28,485 nt of DNA, from contig JBFXGD010000029.1 in assembly GCA_050178385.1 (NCBI GenBank), forward strand, positions 1 to 28,485. Reading direction: 5' to 3'. The notes under the pieces were generated by a model, which was not told the origin of the DNA, ran no database searches, and worked only from the letters and a program-made list of their open reading frames with translations. Below are positions 18,515 through 27,304 of the stretch, in pieces (within the stretch, counting starts at the first letter, position 1; the number at the start of each line of letters is the position of its first letter). A program made the translations under genes and the position numbers. Source of the stretch: Calditrichaceae bacterium (lineage in GTDB: Bacteria > Calditrichota > Calditrichia > Calditrichales > JBFXGD01).

Positions 18515-18601
18515 CGGAGAGGGAGGGATTCGAACCCTCGGAGGCCTTGCGACCTCAACGGTTTTCGAGACCGCCCCGTTCAACCACTCCGGCACCTCTC
18601 C
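18515..18601 (-). tRNA. tRNA-Ser(CGA)
   Basis: GGAGAGG acceptor stem, anticodon arm GCGGT-CTCGAAA-ACCGT, long variable arm, GTTCGAATC. Confidence 0.96.
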
Positions 18602-18612
18602 AATGGGCAGAA

Positions 18613-18641
18613 AAAATAACACTGATTTCAATAAAATGCAA
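18613..18641 (-). promoter_or_regulatory. Candidate sigma-70 promoter for tRNA-Ser(CGA)
   Basis: TTGCAT-17 bp-TATTTT with extended TGn, overlapping the upstream terminator T tract. Confidence 0.45.
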
Positions 18642-18667
18642 AAAAAAGGCAGAATATTATCTGCCTT
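18640..18667 (-). terminator. Intrinsic terminator after tRNA-Ser(GGA)
   Basis: AAGGCAGA/TCTGCCTT stem followed by a T run on the minus strand. Confidence 0.75.
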
Positions 18668-18670
18668 GCT

Positions 18671-18757
<87 letters not shown>

Positions 18758-18760
18758 GGG

Positions 18761-19225
18761 TTATTTTTTATTATCTCTAAGAGTCTGAAAAAATTCAACC
18801 ATCATGTCAGCGCACTCCGCCTTCAAAATCCCCGGAATTACTTTAATCCGGTGATTTAGTCTCGGATCATTCAAAAGATTAAACAAACTTGAATGCGCCC
18901 CTGTCTTGATATCCGGCACTCCATACACCACCTGCTTTAACCTTGCCAGCACTGAAGCGCCGGCACACATGGCGCAAGGCTCGACGGTCACATACAGGGT
19001 TGCCTCCCGCAGCCATTTGTCGCTGATCGTGGCGGTGGCCGCAGTAATCGCGATCATCTCGGCGTGCGCGGTTGGATCATTCAATAACTCAACCTGGTTG
19101 TGACCTCTGCCGATCACTTTATTATCAAGAACAACAACCGCTCCAACCGGCACATCTCCGGACCCCAATGCTTTACGCGCTTCTTTAAGGGCTTCTTTCA
19201 TAAAGGATTCGTGGATTTTGCGCAA
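18761..19225 (-). CDS. tadA: tRNA adenosine(34) deaminase TadA
   Basis: VPVGAV, N....DPTAHAE, LYVTVEPCAMCAGA, D.KTGA, LNHR; TTG start 19225 with AAGGA RBS (alternative ATG 19201). Confidence 0.93.
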   Translation of the reverse strand: MRKIHESFMKEALKEARKALGSGDVPVGAVVVLDNKVIGRGHNQVELLNDPTAHAEMIAITAATATISDKWLREATLYVTVEPCAMCAGASVLARLKQVVYGVPDIKTGAHSSLFNLLNDPRLNHRIKVIPGILKAECADMMVEFFQTLRDNKK

Positions 19226-19255
19226 ATGTGTGTCCTTTGAAGCGATCTGAACTTG

Positions 19256-19328
19256 TAGCGCGTACGGGATTCGAACCCGTGCTACCGGCGTGAGAGGCCA
19301 GCGTCCTAAACCACTAGACGAACGCGCC
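19256..19328 (-). tRNA. tRNA-Glu(CTC)
   Basis: Anticodon arm CTGGC-CTCTCAC-GCCGG; GTTCGAATC. Confidence 0.95.
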
Positions 19329-19339
19329 ATTGAAACATC

Positions 19340-19366
19340 AAAAAAATACCCCTGTTCGAAGGGGTT
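19340..19366 (-). terminator. Terminator-like hairpin between tRNA-Arg and tRNA-Glu
   Basis: ACCCCT-TCGAAC-AGGGGT followed by ATTTTTTT on the minus strand. Confidence 0.5.
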
Positions 19367-19371
19367 ATAAG

Positions 19372-19445
19372 TACGCCCGGGAGGAGTCGAACCCCCAACC
19401 TTTTGGTCCGTAGCCAAACGCTCTATCCAATTGAGCTACGGGCGC
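19372..19445 (-). tRNA. tRNA-Arg(ACG)
   Basis: Anticodon arm TTTGG-CTACGGA-CCAAA; GTTCGACTC. Confidence 0.96.
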
Positions 19446-19463
19446 ATCCTTGATCAATAACAG

Positions 19464-19534
19464 CTGCGGGACAGGGATTCGAACCCCGGTTACCTGGGCC
19501 AGAACCAGGCGTCCTGCCGCTAGACGATCCCGCA
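19464..19534 (-). tRNA. tRNA-Gln(CTG)
   Basis: U1-A72 acceptor pair; anticodon arm CCTGG-TTCTGGC-CCAGG; GTTCGAATC. Confidence 0.95.
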
Positions 19535-19590
19535 ATTTTCACAAACAACCAAATCACCATATTGAAATGGTCATCAAAAATAAGAGCAGT

Positions 19591-19619
19591 AATATACAGT
19601 CCGTTAAAATAAATGTCAA
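19591..19619 (-). promoter_or_regulatory. Sigma-70 promoter of the tRNA cluster
   Basis: TTGACA-17 bp-TATATT, about 56 bp upstream of tRNA-Gln. Confidence 0.75.
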
Positions 19620-19635
19620 GGAAGTTTTAGTGATT

Positions 19636-19842
19636 TTACCTTGCCAATCTCACATTTACAGCCCGCTCACCTTTCATGTCACTTCGAACATCGAATTTCA
19701 CACGCTGTCCTTCCATCAATCGTTTATTTGGAATCGACGGATGCAGATCACCCGCGTTTACAAATAGATCTTCCCCGTCGTCACTTGAAATGAATCCAAA
19801 TCCCTTTTGGATGTCCCACAGTTTAACTTTACCCGTTTGCAT
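19636..19842 (-). CDS. Cold-shock domain protein (CspA family)
   Basis: GKVKLWD..KGFGFI, DLFV, EGQRVKF, KGERAVNV. Confidence 0.92.
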   Translation of the reverse strand: MQTGKVKLWDIQKGFGFISSDDGEDLFVNAGDLHPSIPNKRLMEGQRVKFDVRSDMKGERAVNVRLAR

Positions 19843-19916
19843 TGGCTCACCATCCTATACTTACAACATATTTATCACAAAAAACCAGGATTCATCGGAT
19901 TCCGGCAATTTTTGTT

Positions 19917-20660
19917 CTACCTTAATCCGCTGATTAACAAATTTAACGCCGGAATAAGTAAAATTATGGCAATAATTCGATTAAATTTTTTCTCGTTCAC
20001 CACTTGCTGGAAATAATTTCCGATAAATAATCCCAGGAGAAGGAGAAATACCATAATTCCTAAATCAATGGCGGGAATTTCTAATTTAATCGAATGCCAC
20101 CGGTATAAAAAAAATCTCCAGGCGGCGCCAAACATAAATATGGCGATGAGCTGATCCCTGAAATATTCCTTTTTATACAGCAATTTCATATAGATGATCA
20201 GCACCGGCCCTGTCATCCCGATCAGCCCGCCCGTAAAACCGGCAGTTATAGCGACCGGTACTTTTAGCCATTTCAGTGTTTTGCCCGGGCTTATGTCAGC
20301 GGGTGAATTGTTTTTATAAAATATCAGGATCGATATAAAGATAAGCAATCCGACTGCAATGCTTATTTTTAGTGTCTGAGGTGTGAATGATTTCATCAGA
20401 AGCGTTCCGGCCCAGGCTCCGAGATACAGGAAAAATGTCACAGGTATGACAAACTTCCAGTCAATACGTTTGTAAACCGATAAGAAGAGTATTGGACCGG
20501 CGATTAAATCAAACAAAGCGGCCGTTGATATGGCGGTTTCGGGATCATAGATCATTGAAAAAACCGGAATAAGCACCAGTGCAGGGCCAAAGCCCGAAAA
20601 TCCTTTTACAAAATACGCCAGAACAACAACCAGCAGAGCAATTATCAGGTAAACGTCCAA
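19917..20660 (-). CDS. Sulfite exporter TauE/SafE family membrane protein
   Basis: About 8 TM helices; KGFSGFGPAL and GFTGGLIGMTGP glycine motifs; TTG start. Confidence 0.85.
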   Translation of the reverse strand: MDVYLIIALLVVVLAYFVKGFSGFGPALVLIPVFSMIYDPETAISTAALFDLIAGPILFLSVYKRIDWKFVIPVTFFLYLGAWAGTLLMKSFTPQTLKISIAVGLLIFISILIFYKNNSPADISPGKTLKWLKVPVAITAGFTGGLIGMTGPVLIIYMKLLYKKEYFRDQLIAIFMFGAAWRFFLYRWHSIKLEIPAIDLGIMVFLLLLGLFIGNYFQQVVNEKKFNRIIAIILLIPALNLLISGLR

Positions 20661-20674
20661 TCTAGTCCCTGCCG

Positions 20675-21760
20675 CTATTCAAGATTCATATCTTTGTCAA
20701 TAATATTTAATAAACCTGTCATGGCGGAAACTTCATCGACGGGTGTCAGGATCCTGCGAATCTTAGTGGTATAGCGGAATTCTTCATCAGATAGCAGCAG
20801 ATCATCTTTTCGTGTACCGGATTGATTGATATTGATAGCGGGCCAGATTCTCTGCTCTGCGCATAACTTTGAAAGCACGAGATCCATATTACCAGTGCCC
20901 TTAAATTCCTGAAAGATAATATCATCCATACGACTGCCGGTATCGACCAGGATCGTGGCGAGAATCGTAAGTGACCCTCCTGTCTCAATATTCCGGGCCG
21001 CCCCAAAAAACCTTCTCGGCAAATCGAGAGCATTCGCGCCTAATCCACCCGTAAGAGTTTTGCTGAAACTATTCGTCGCGTTGTTAAACGCTCGTGACAT
21101 TCTTGTCAATGAATCGACCAGAACAACGACGTCCTTTCCAAATTCAGCTATTCCCATCGCGCTGTTCATTGCCAGTCTGGTGATACGCAGATGGCTTTCA
21201 ACGCTTTCATCAGCGGACGAAGCTACTACTTTTGCTTTCTCGACGGATCTCCTGAAATCCGTTACTTCTTCCGGACGTTCGTCCACAAGAAGAATATAGA
21301 CCTCCACATCAGGGTGATTTCTGGTTATCGCATGAGCGATATGTTTTAGAATCGTAGTTTTACCGGCTTTTGGAGGGGAAACGATCAGACCGCGCTGCCC
21401 CTTTCCGATCGGTACGATTAAATCCAGCGCCTTACCCAACCGGTCATTTTTTCCAATCGTCATGGTCAGCCGTTCTGTCGGATTGACACTGACCTGTCTC
21501 TTAAATGTCTCAATTTTCGAAATCTGATCAAGCGGGATCTGATTGACATTTATTATTTTTTCGATGCGGTTGTTTTCTTTTCCGGAGTCTTCAGCCTGTC
21601 GTTCTCCTTCAATATACGCGCCTTCCTTCAGGTTATATTTTTTTATCACATTCGCCGGAACGAAAATGTCTCCCGGTCCCGGCTGAAAATTGTTATTTAT
21701 ATCTCTCAAAAACCCGAAGCCTTTGGTCATCACTTCAAGATACCCGTTAATCTGATCCAC
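20675..21760 (-). CDS. rho: Transcription termination factor Rho, short form lacking the N-terminal helical bundle
   Basis: GFGFLR, PIGKGQRGLIVSPPKAGKT, LVDERPEEVTD, DSLTR, FFGAARN, EFKGTGN; GTG start with AAGGA RBS. Confidence 0.9.
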   Translation of the reverse strand: MDQINGYLEVMTKGFGFLRDINNNFQPGPGDIFVPANVIKKYNLKEGAYIEGERQAEDSGKENNRIEKIINVNQIPLDQISKIETFKRQVSVNPTERLTMTIGKNDRLGKALDLIVPIGKGQRGLIVSPPKAGKTTILKHIAHAITRNHPDVEVYILLVDERPEEVTDFRRSVEKAKVVASSADESVESHLRITRLAMNSAMGIAEFGKDVVVLVDSLTRMSRAFNNATNSFSKTLTGGLGANALDLPRRFFGAARNIETGGSLTILATILVDTGSRMDDIIFQEFKGTGNMDLVLSKLCAEQRIWPAININQSGTRKDDLLLSDEEFRYTTKIRRILTPVDEVSAMTGLLNIIDKDMNLE

Positions 21761-21795
21761 TGTCTGTTCCTTAATAATTTTTTGTGTTTTTATTT

Positions 21796-22758
21796 TCAGC
21801 CGATCAGCAACCGGCCGTCTTTCATAATTTCATGATTATCAACATAAACTGTTGCTTTTGTAACGACTCCGTCGATGTGTATGCCGACACTATGGGTACC
21901 ACCCATACTGATGTTATTCCCAAACGCCACATGAATTGTACCCATGGCCTTTTCATCTTCAAGAATCATTCCTGTAATCAGGGCTTCATGATTCGTCCCG
22001 ATTCCCAGTTCAGCCACATTCATTCCCGGTTTACCAAAAGCGTTAAGCTGTTTGAATAATTCCTGCGCTTCCGGACCTCCGTCTATTGCTTCCGCGTAAC
22101 CGTCCCGGATTGTGACTTTCACCGGTCCGGATGTGATTTTTCCAATCCCGGCAAGCGCCGCGTCGATATATAACACACCGTTAGATTTTCCCTCTTCCGG
22201 CATGAGAAACGATTCACCGCTTGGTAAATTACCACCCTGTCCCTTATCGCGTATTAAACCGGTAGAAGATATAGCTTTAATTCCGCTGATCGGCATCGTT
22301 AGATCCGTACCCAATGGAGTGGTTATTCTCACGGTTTGGCCCTTATCCAGAATTGCTGAAACTTTCAGTGTGCGTTCCGCTATAATGTTATAATCCGCTT
22401 TCAGTGTGCGAATCATACAGTCTTCTGTAATCCCGGGCATTGTAGCCACTCTCGCGCCTTCCTTGCATGCATTTCTCCGGGCATCTGTATGGGTTAATGA
22501 TTTGGTTGTGGGGCAGACTACGACGCTATACTTTTTCATCAAATCGGCGATCGGCCCCGGTGGCTCCTGCCCGTTCACATCGGCGGGCGGCATTAAAACA
22601 AGAAGGGCGTCCTTTGCGATATTTTTTCCTATTGAATACAGCGCCTGACCGATTTTCATTTTATTGTCGTCTGTGATGATTAATAAAGTCTCCGTGCTTT
22701 TAAGAGCAAGGCTTGTCTCAAGAGCCGTTTTGGCGGCTATGCCCAGGGCATCCATCAT
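21796..22758 (-). CDS. M29-like (thermophilic metalloprotease/AmpS-like) aminopeptidase
   Basis: GNLPSGE, AELGIGTN, LEDEK..GTIHVAFG, IHIDGV; AGGAG RBS. Confidence 0.85.
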   Translation of the reverse strand: MMDALGIAAKTALETSLALKSTETLLIITDDNKMKIGQALYSIGKNIAKDALLVLMPPADVNGQEPPGPIADLMKKYSVVVCPTTKSLTHTDARRNACKEGARVATMPGITEDCMIRTLKADYNIIAERTLKVSAILDKGQTVRITTPLGTDLTMPISGIKAISSTGLIRDKGQGGNLPSGESFLMPEEGKSNGVLYIDAALAGIGKITSGPVKVTIRDGYAEAIDGGPEAQELFKQLNAFGKPGMNVAELGIGTNHEALITGMILEDEKAMGTIHVAFGNNISMGGTHSVGIHIDGVVTKATVYVDNHEIMKDGRLLIG

Positions 22759-23013
22759 AGTCTCTCCTTATCAAGGATTTATTGCGGCGTTCTAATTTAT
22801 TGCCGGATTCTCTCAATCGGTACTGAGGAGGAAATAGTACCGCATTGAATATACCTATTTGAACAGCAAACAACAATTTATATTTCGATTTAATAACTTT
22901 CAAAACACTTGTAAAGTCAGAGAATGCCCTCTCTACAAGCCGGGTTTATTTATCAGTAAATAGAACATTTCCGATTCAATTACAACCGCACAAATATTCC
23001 GCTAATTAACATA

Positions 23014-23042
23014 TTGACCAACACTCAAATTATCACTATGTT
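23014..23042 (+). promoter_or_regulatory. Candidate sigma-70 promoter
   Basis: TTGACC-17 bp-TATGTT, 37 bp before ATG 23080. Confidence 0.5.
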
Positions 23043-23079
23043 GAATTTAAAGCATTAGACTTAAATATCCGGAGTATAA

Positions 23080-23304
23080 ATGTCCAGTATGATTTTAATC
23101 AAAAATTTCCCGAACCGCGCATTTGCTGAACAAGCCCGAGATATATTGGAAAGAGACGGTATCATTTGTATTCTCAAATCGCCTGACGTTGGCATAATAG
23201 GTACATCGTCGTCGTCCATGCTTTATGGCGTTGACTTATATGTTGAAGAGCAAAACAAGGAACAAGCTTACAACCTGCTGAACGCGCTGTTTGACGGAAT
23301 TTAA
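23080..23304 (+). CDS. DUF2007-like small protein
   Basis: F.NRAFAEQARDILERDGI...GVDLYVEEQNKEQA pattern; GGAG RBS. Confidence 0.75.
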   Translation: MSSMILIKNFPNRAFAEQARDILERDGIICILKSPDVGIIGTSSSSMLYGVDLYVEEQNKEQAYNLLNALFDGI

Positions 23305-23345
23305 TTAGTTCACATCCATTTATTATAAATATATCTCACGACGAT

Positions 23346-23870
23346 TTATTTTTTGCCGGCTGATTCTTCTTTACGTTCATGAGCTTCTTTTTCTTTAAGC
23401 CAGTTATCATACAGCTCTTTTTCTTTGCTTTTTCTCAGTTCGACAGCGAGCTGGAAAGCTTCCTGGGGCTCACGTTCAGACATTACATAAAACTTCTTTG
23501 ATCTGGGCTTCCCAGACTCGCTCCAGGTTGCCTGAAAATAGTGAACATCACGTCCACGTATTTTCGTTTTAACCTCATTTACACCTACAATCCCGCTCGT
23601 GTTGTTTTTTGGAGCTGCTTTATAAAAAGGTTTTCTCTTTAAACTCTTATAATTTTTCCTGTGCAGCTCCGCGACCATTTGATTGTGGTCCCTAAATTTC
23701 ATTGCGTTATCCAAAGCAATCTTTTTACTGCCGTATAATCTGTCGCTAAAGAGTTTGGATACGAATACTCCTCCGTTCGCATAAACACGAACATACCACC
23801 CGTGGGTGTGCTTGGAATCAATTCTACTGATACCAGCAAATTTTTTTGATTTTTTTTTGCTTCTCGGCAT
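23346..23870 (-). CDS. Tandem AP2-domain (putative DNA-binding) protein
   Basis: Two AP2-like units: GISRID..HGWYVR..SKLFSD..YGSK.AL.A..FR and NTSGIVGV..YFQATW..GK.RSKKF..AFQLA..LR. Start uncertain (23870/23906/23915). Confidence 0.75.
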   Translation of the reverse strand: MPRSKKKSKKFAGISRIDSKHTHGWYVRVYANGGVFVSKLFSDRLYGSKKIALDNAMKFRDHNQMVAELHRKNYKSLKRKPFYKAAPKNNTSGIVGVNEVKTKIRGRDVHYFQATWSESGKPRSKKFYVMSEREPQEAFQLAVELRKSKEKELYDNWLKEKEAHERKEESAGKK

Positions 23871-24055
23871 AGATTCGTCTTCCACTTTCTTTGATGTGTG
23901 TTCCATTTTTAACAAATATACTCACATGTGATATATTTGTTTCGTTCGCCTATCTATATTTAAAACAAACATATAAAGGACTCTAAATGAACACTTAACT
24001 GTATGATTAAATTAAATTAACTATAAATATACAAAAACTTTCACAAACATTCTAC

Positions 24056-24083
24056 AAAAAAAAATTACCCGGTAATCGGGTAA
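24056..24083 (-). terminator. Intrinsic terminator-like hairpin
   Basis: TTACCCG/CGGGTAA stem followed by a long T run on the minus strand. Confidence 0.55.
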
Positions 24084-24220
24084 AAACATTCTGTCAATAC
24101 TCCCGATTTTGTAGAGTTTTTTTATATTAAACATATTATGCTACAAAGCCGGCCGCATTTGAGATTACCCAGCACTTTTCAATTTATGAAAAGGTCACAT
24201 CTCTCTACTTGTGTAACGTA

Positions 24221-25045
24221 TTAATCACCCGTAACTATTTCCATTTTATTATAGTCAAGCTCCGATCCCATCATACTATGCGGAATCGAGTAAATCACCA
24301 ATATCAGGACAGCGGCACCTATCACCCACCACTTAGCGGCGCGAATACCGCCAAACCGGACTCTCCACAAGGCTGCGACCCAGCCCAGCACACCGATCAG
24401 CAATTTATTGTCCGTCAAATCATATCCGAACGGGACTCCAGTCCAGAAGGCTCCAAAAGCGTATTTTTGAACAATCGGACCCAGAATCATTCCGCCCGCT
24501 ATAAAAAACAATGTCGTGATGAAGGTATACTTCAAAAGTTTGTCACTGAGAACAAATGCTTCCAGGGCTGTCAGGTTGGATAAAAACATCGCAACAAACA
24601 TAAAGATGATGTGCGGAGTCAGGACACCTGCAGGTACATGACCTTTAAATCTTATTATGACAGTCGATTTCTCAGGAATGGACTCCTCAGTTCCGTTTTC
24701 TCCCAAAGTGATATAATACTCCAGCTTTCCTGCCGGCGGTTGCTGTGGGAGAACAGCGGTACGATGATCATCAGACCACATCTTCATCTCCACTTTAGTC
24801 CATTCATCATTTGTCTTGTAACGTTTGTAATGCAAAAACGCTTTCAGACTTTTGTCCGGCAATGAGAGAGTAACCGTTTGGTCTTCAGTGCTTTCATGAC
24901 TTCTCGGTAACCTGTACGAAATTTCTTCATCGGCTATGGAAAATTCCCCCCTTAGTGGATATGACGGTCCAGTGGTGCGCTGATAAAAGGCGGCGCTTAA
25001 GGTGATAATAATCGCCAATAACCAGCGGATGATCGTCTTGTTCAT
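24221..25045 (-). CDS. Uncharacterised membrane protein (N-terminal TM, beta-rich soluble domain, four C-terminal TM)
   Basis: ATG 25045 with GGAG RBS; hydropathy pattern; motifs PPAGKLEYY, WTGVPFGYDLTDNK, IPHS. Confidence 0.8.
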   Translation of the reverse strand: MNKTIIRWLLAIIITLSAAFYQRTTGPSYPLRGEFSIADEEISYRLPRSHESTEDQTVTLSLPDKSLKAFLHYKRYKTNDEWTKVEMKMWSDDHRTAVLPQQPPAGKLEYYITLGENGTEESIPEKSTVIIRFKGHVPAGVLTPHIIFMFVAMFLSNLTALEAFVLSDKLLKYTFITTLFFIAGGMILGPIVQKYAFGAFWTGVPFGYDLTDNKLLIGVLGWVAALWRVRFGGIRAAKWWVIGAAVLILVIYSIPHSMMGSELDYNKMEIVTGD

Positions 25046-25251
25046 TCTCTTTCTCCGTATTAGTGTCAAAAAACAATAAATTATATGAATTATTCTGATT
25101 AAAATATTGTTAAAAAACGGTTGTATATTAAAAGAACTTTGGCAATATATGAAAAATTGTTAAATTCCGGCAACCATTTGTAATTGAATTATCTCAATTT
25201 CTATCTCCGTCAAGCGAAAAAGCGCGACGGGATATACAATCCGGAGAATTT

Positions 25252-25935
25252 ATGAAAAAGCGTTCCGAACCGGTTTCAGGATTAATGGGATTATTATTTC
25301 GCGCCCATCCATGGCATGGCGTGGATATCGGAGATGATGCTCCGGAAATAGTCAACACTTACATAGAAATGATTCCAACCGACACTATTAAATATGAGCT
25401 GGATAAAAAATCGGGACTCCTAAAAGTAGACCGCCCTCAAAAATATTCATCGATGCCGCCGATGCTATACGGACTTGTACCAAAAACATATTGCGGAGAA
25501 AATGTCGGAAGATATTGTTATGAAAAAACCGGCCGCAAAAACATAATGGGTGACAAGGATCCGCTCGATATTTGTGTATTGACCGAACGGCCAATCTCCC
25601 ACAGCAATATTCTTGTTCAGGCGGTTGTGCTGGGAGGTTTCCGGATGATCGACAATAATGAAGCGGACGATAAGATCATCGCGTATCTCAAGGACGATCT
25701 TGTTTACAGTGAGTGGAATGATGTTATGGATGTTCCTCAGAGGATGATTGAACGGCTTAAGCATTATTTCCTGACCTATAAGGACATACCAGGTACAGAG
25801 GAACATAATTCGGAAATTACACATATTTATAATAAGGAAGAGGCTTTTGAAGTAATTCGCCGGAGCCGGAAGGATTATGACATTGAATTTGCGGGCCTCG
25901 AAGATTCACTTAATGACGCGCTGCAAAACAGATAG
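25252..25935 (+). CDS. ppa: Family I inorganic pyrophosphatase
   Basis: HPWH, KYELDK, VDR, YG.VP.T, GDKDPLDICVL, D..EADDKII, YF.TYK. Confidence 0.93.
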   Translation: MKKRSEPVSGLMGLLFRAHPWHGVDIGDDAPEIVNTYIEMIPTDTIKYELDKKSGLLKVDRPQKYSSMPPMLYGLVPKTYCGENVGRYCYEKTGRKNIMGDKDPLDICVLTERPISHSNILVQAVVLGGFRMIDNNEADDKIIAYLKDDLVYSEWNDVMDVPQRMIERLKHYFLTYKDIPGTEEHNSEITHIYNKEEAFEVIRRSRKDYDIEFAGLEDSLNDALQNR

Positions 25936-25978
25936 GATATGGTTGATAAAATATACAGGCGATCATGGGGATTACAGA

Positions 25979-26317
25979 TCAGCCTCCGATAAATTTTATC
26001 TTTAAACCTTTTTTTCCAAGATATTCGGCAATCTTATCACGATGATCACCCTGGATCTCGATGGTTCCGTTTTTTACACTTCCTCCCGCTCCGCAATGCT
26101 TCTGCAATTCTTTCTGAAGCGGTCTGAGATCACCCTTCAGACGGGAAACAACCGTCACAACTTTGCCCTTTCTACCCTTCCTGTCACGCTCGATATAGGC
26201 CGTCTGTGATTTATCAAAATTAACGGATGACTGATCTCCGGAATCTTCTTGTTCTACATCCTTCTTCCAATTCGGATCCGTTGAATATACCGTATTATTG
26301 TTTTCCTTGTCGCTCAT
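25979..26317 (-). CDS. yciH: SUI1-family translation initiation factor YciH
   Basis: VYSTDP, KGRKGKVVTVV, CGAGGSVKNGTIEIQGDHRD. Confidence 0.9.
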   Translation of the reverse strand: MSDKENNNTVYSTDPNWKKDVEQEDSGDQSSVNFDKSQTAYIERDRKGRKGKVVTVVSRLKGDLRPLQKELQKHCGAGGSVKNGTIEIQGDHRDKIAEYLGKKGLKIKFIGG

Positions 26318-26517
26318 TGCAATACCCACTCCATTTTATAGGTTTCGTTTAATAGTATCAGGGAAAAACATCAGCCGCAAAATCATCTTATGATTCCTGA
26401 TTAATATTCCAGGTCTTAATTTCCCGATTAGAGCTGTCAGAAGTGATGATTATCCCCGTTGAAAATTTACAAAATTTATACCGGAAATGATAATCTGATA
26501 GAATTACTACGCGATTT

Positions 26518-27123
26518 TTATTCGGAACTACTTTCTTGCTTCACTCCGTATAGCTGCGGATATAATGATTCTCTGCAATCCGGACAAATAGAATGGGAGA
26601 ACTGAATTTCTCCATAACGCCTAAGATATTGCTCGAGGCTTTCCCAATAATCTTCATCATTTCTAACATCCCCGCAATTCGCGCATATAGAAATAATATT
26701 GTGTAAACTGATAATTTCGCTTCTATCTTCCATCGTCAGAAGGCACAATTTGTTATCCGGAAAATCAAAAGGGGATACCGTAATTAATAAATCAAGACGC
26801 TGATGTTCTTTTTGTTCATCAATGTATATCGTGGCTTTTTTTCTGTAAATTTTTTGACCATTCAGTGATTCTTTAACCGAATTTCTCACCACGCAATATT
26901 TGCAATTCTCAGATGTGCCGCAGCCGTTCACGGAATTAAGGCAGTTTAGCACCTCCCCGCTCCGGCGGTATTTTGTACTGAGTGAATCTGAGCCAAAACG
27001 GTCTTCTGCCGCTGTATTGGCATGATGGATTTTTAGATCACTGTCAACTATAAATATAAATGGCGGAATCCCGTCAAGCATTTCACGCATTAATGGATTA
27101 TCTCTGAAGAATTCACTCAGCAT
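26518..27123 (-). CDS. PAS-domain protein with two cysteine clusters
   Basis: PAS N-terminus (LDGIP..IFIVD..LKI..AN); CLNSVNGCGTSENCKYC; C-terminal ICANC...W..LEQY...FSHSICPDC. Confidence 0.8.
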   Translation of the reverse strand: MLSEFFRDNPLMREMLDGIPPFIFIVDSDLKIHHANTAAEDRFGSDSLSTKYRRSGEVLNCLNSVNGCGTSENCKYCVVRNSVKESLNGQKIYRKKATIYIDEQKEHQRLDLLITVSPFDFPDNKLCLLTMEDRSEIISLHNIISICANCGDVRNDEDYWESLEQYLRRYGEIQFSHSICPDCRESLYPQLYGVKQESSSE

Positions 27124-27304
27124 TTGATCCCCGGAGCCTCAAATATGTAAATTTTTTGTTGTCTGACAATATTTATTATGTTGAAAATCGGTGAGTAATC
27201 GGAAGACTTTAGACCCGAACATCTTTTTGTCGAAAACAGGACAGGACACTCTACGGGAATTAGGAATGAGTAAAAGTATTTTCAGATGTATTGGTATCCG
27301 GTTT

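Noticed and set aside
13381..18601. Genomic island integrated at the tRNA-Ser(CGA) 3' end
   Set aside because: No integrase and no duplicated tRNA 3' fragment seen by eye; neighbouring genes look chromosomal
19226..19417. N-terminal extension of TadA in the 218-aa track ORF
   Set aside because: It runs through tRNA-Arg and tRNA-Glu; the deaminase begins at about 19225, where there is an RBS
19450..20016. Plus-strand ORFs of 105, 85 and 69 aa
   Set aside because: Antisense to tRNA-Gln, csp and tauE, with no protein-like features
25140..25251. Fluoride riboswitch upstream of ppa
   Set aside because: Lacks the GGnGATGGnGTTCnCC and CTGATG consensus elements
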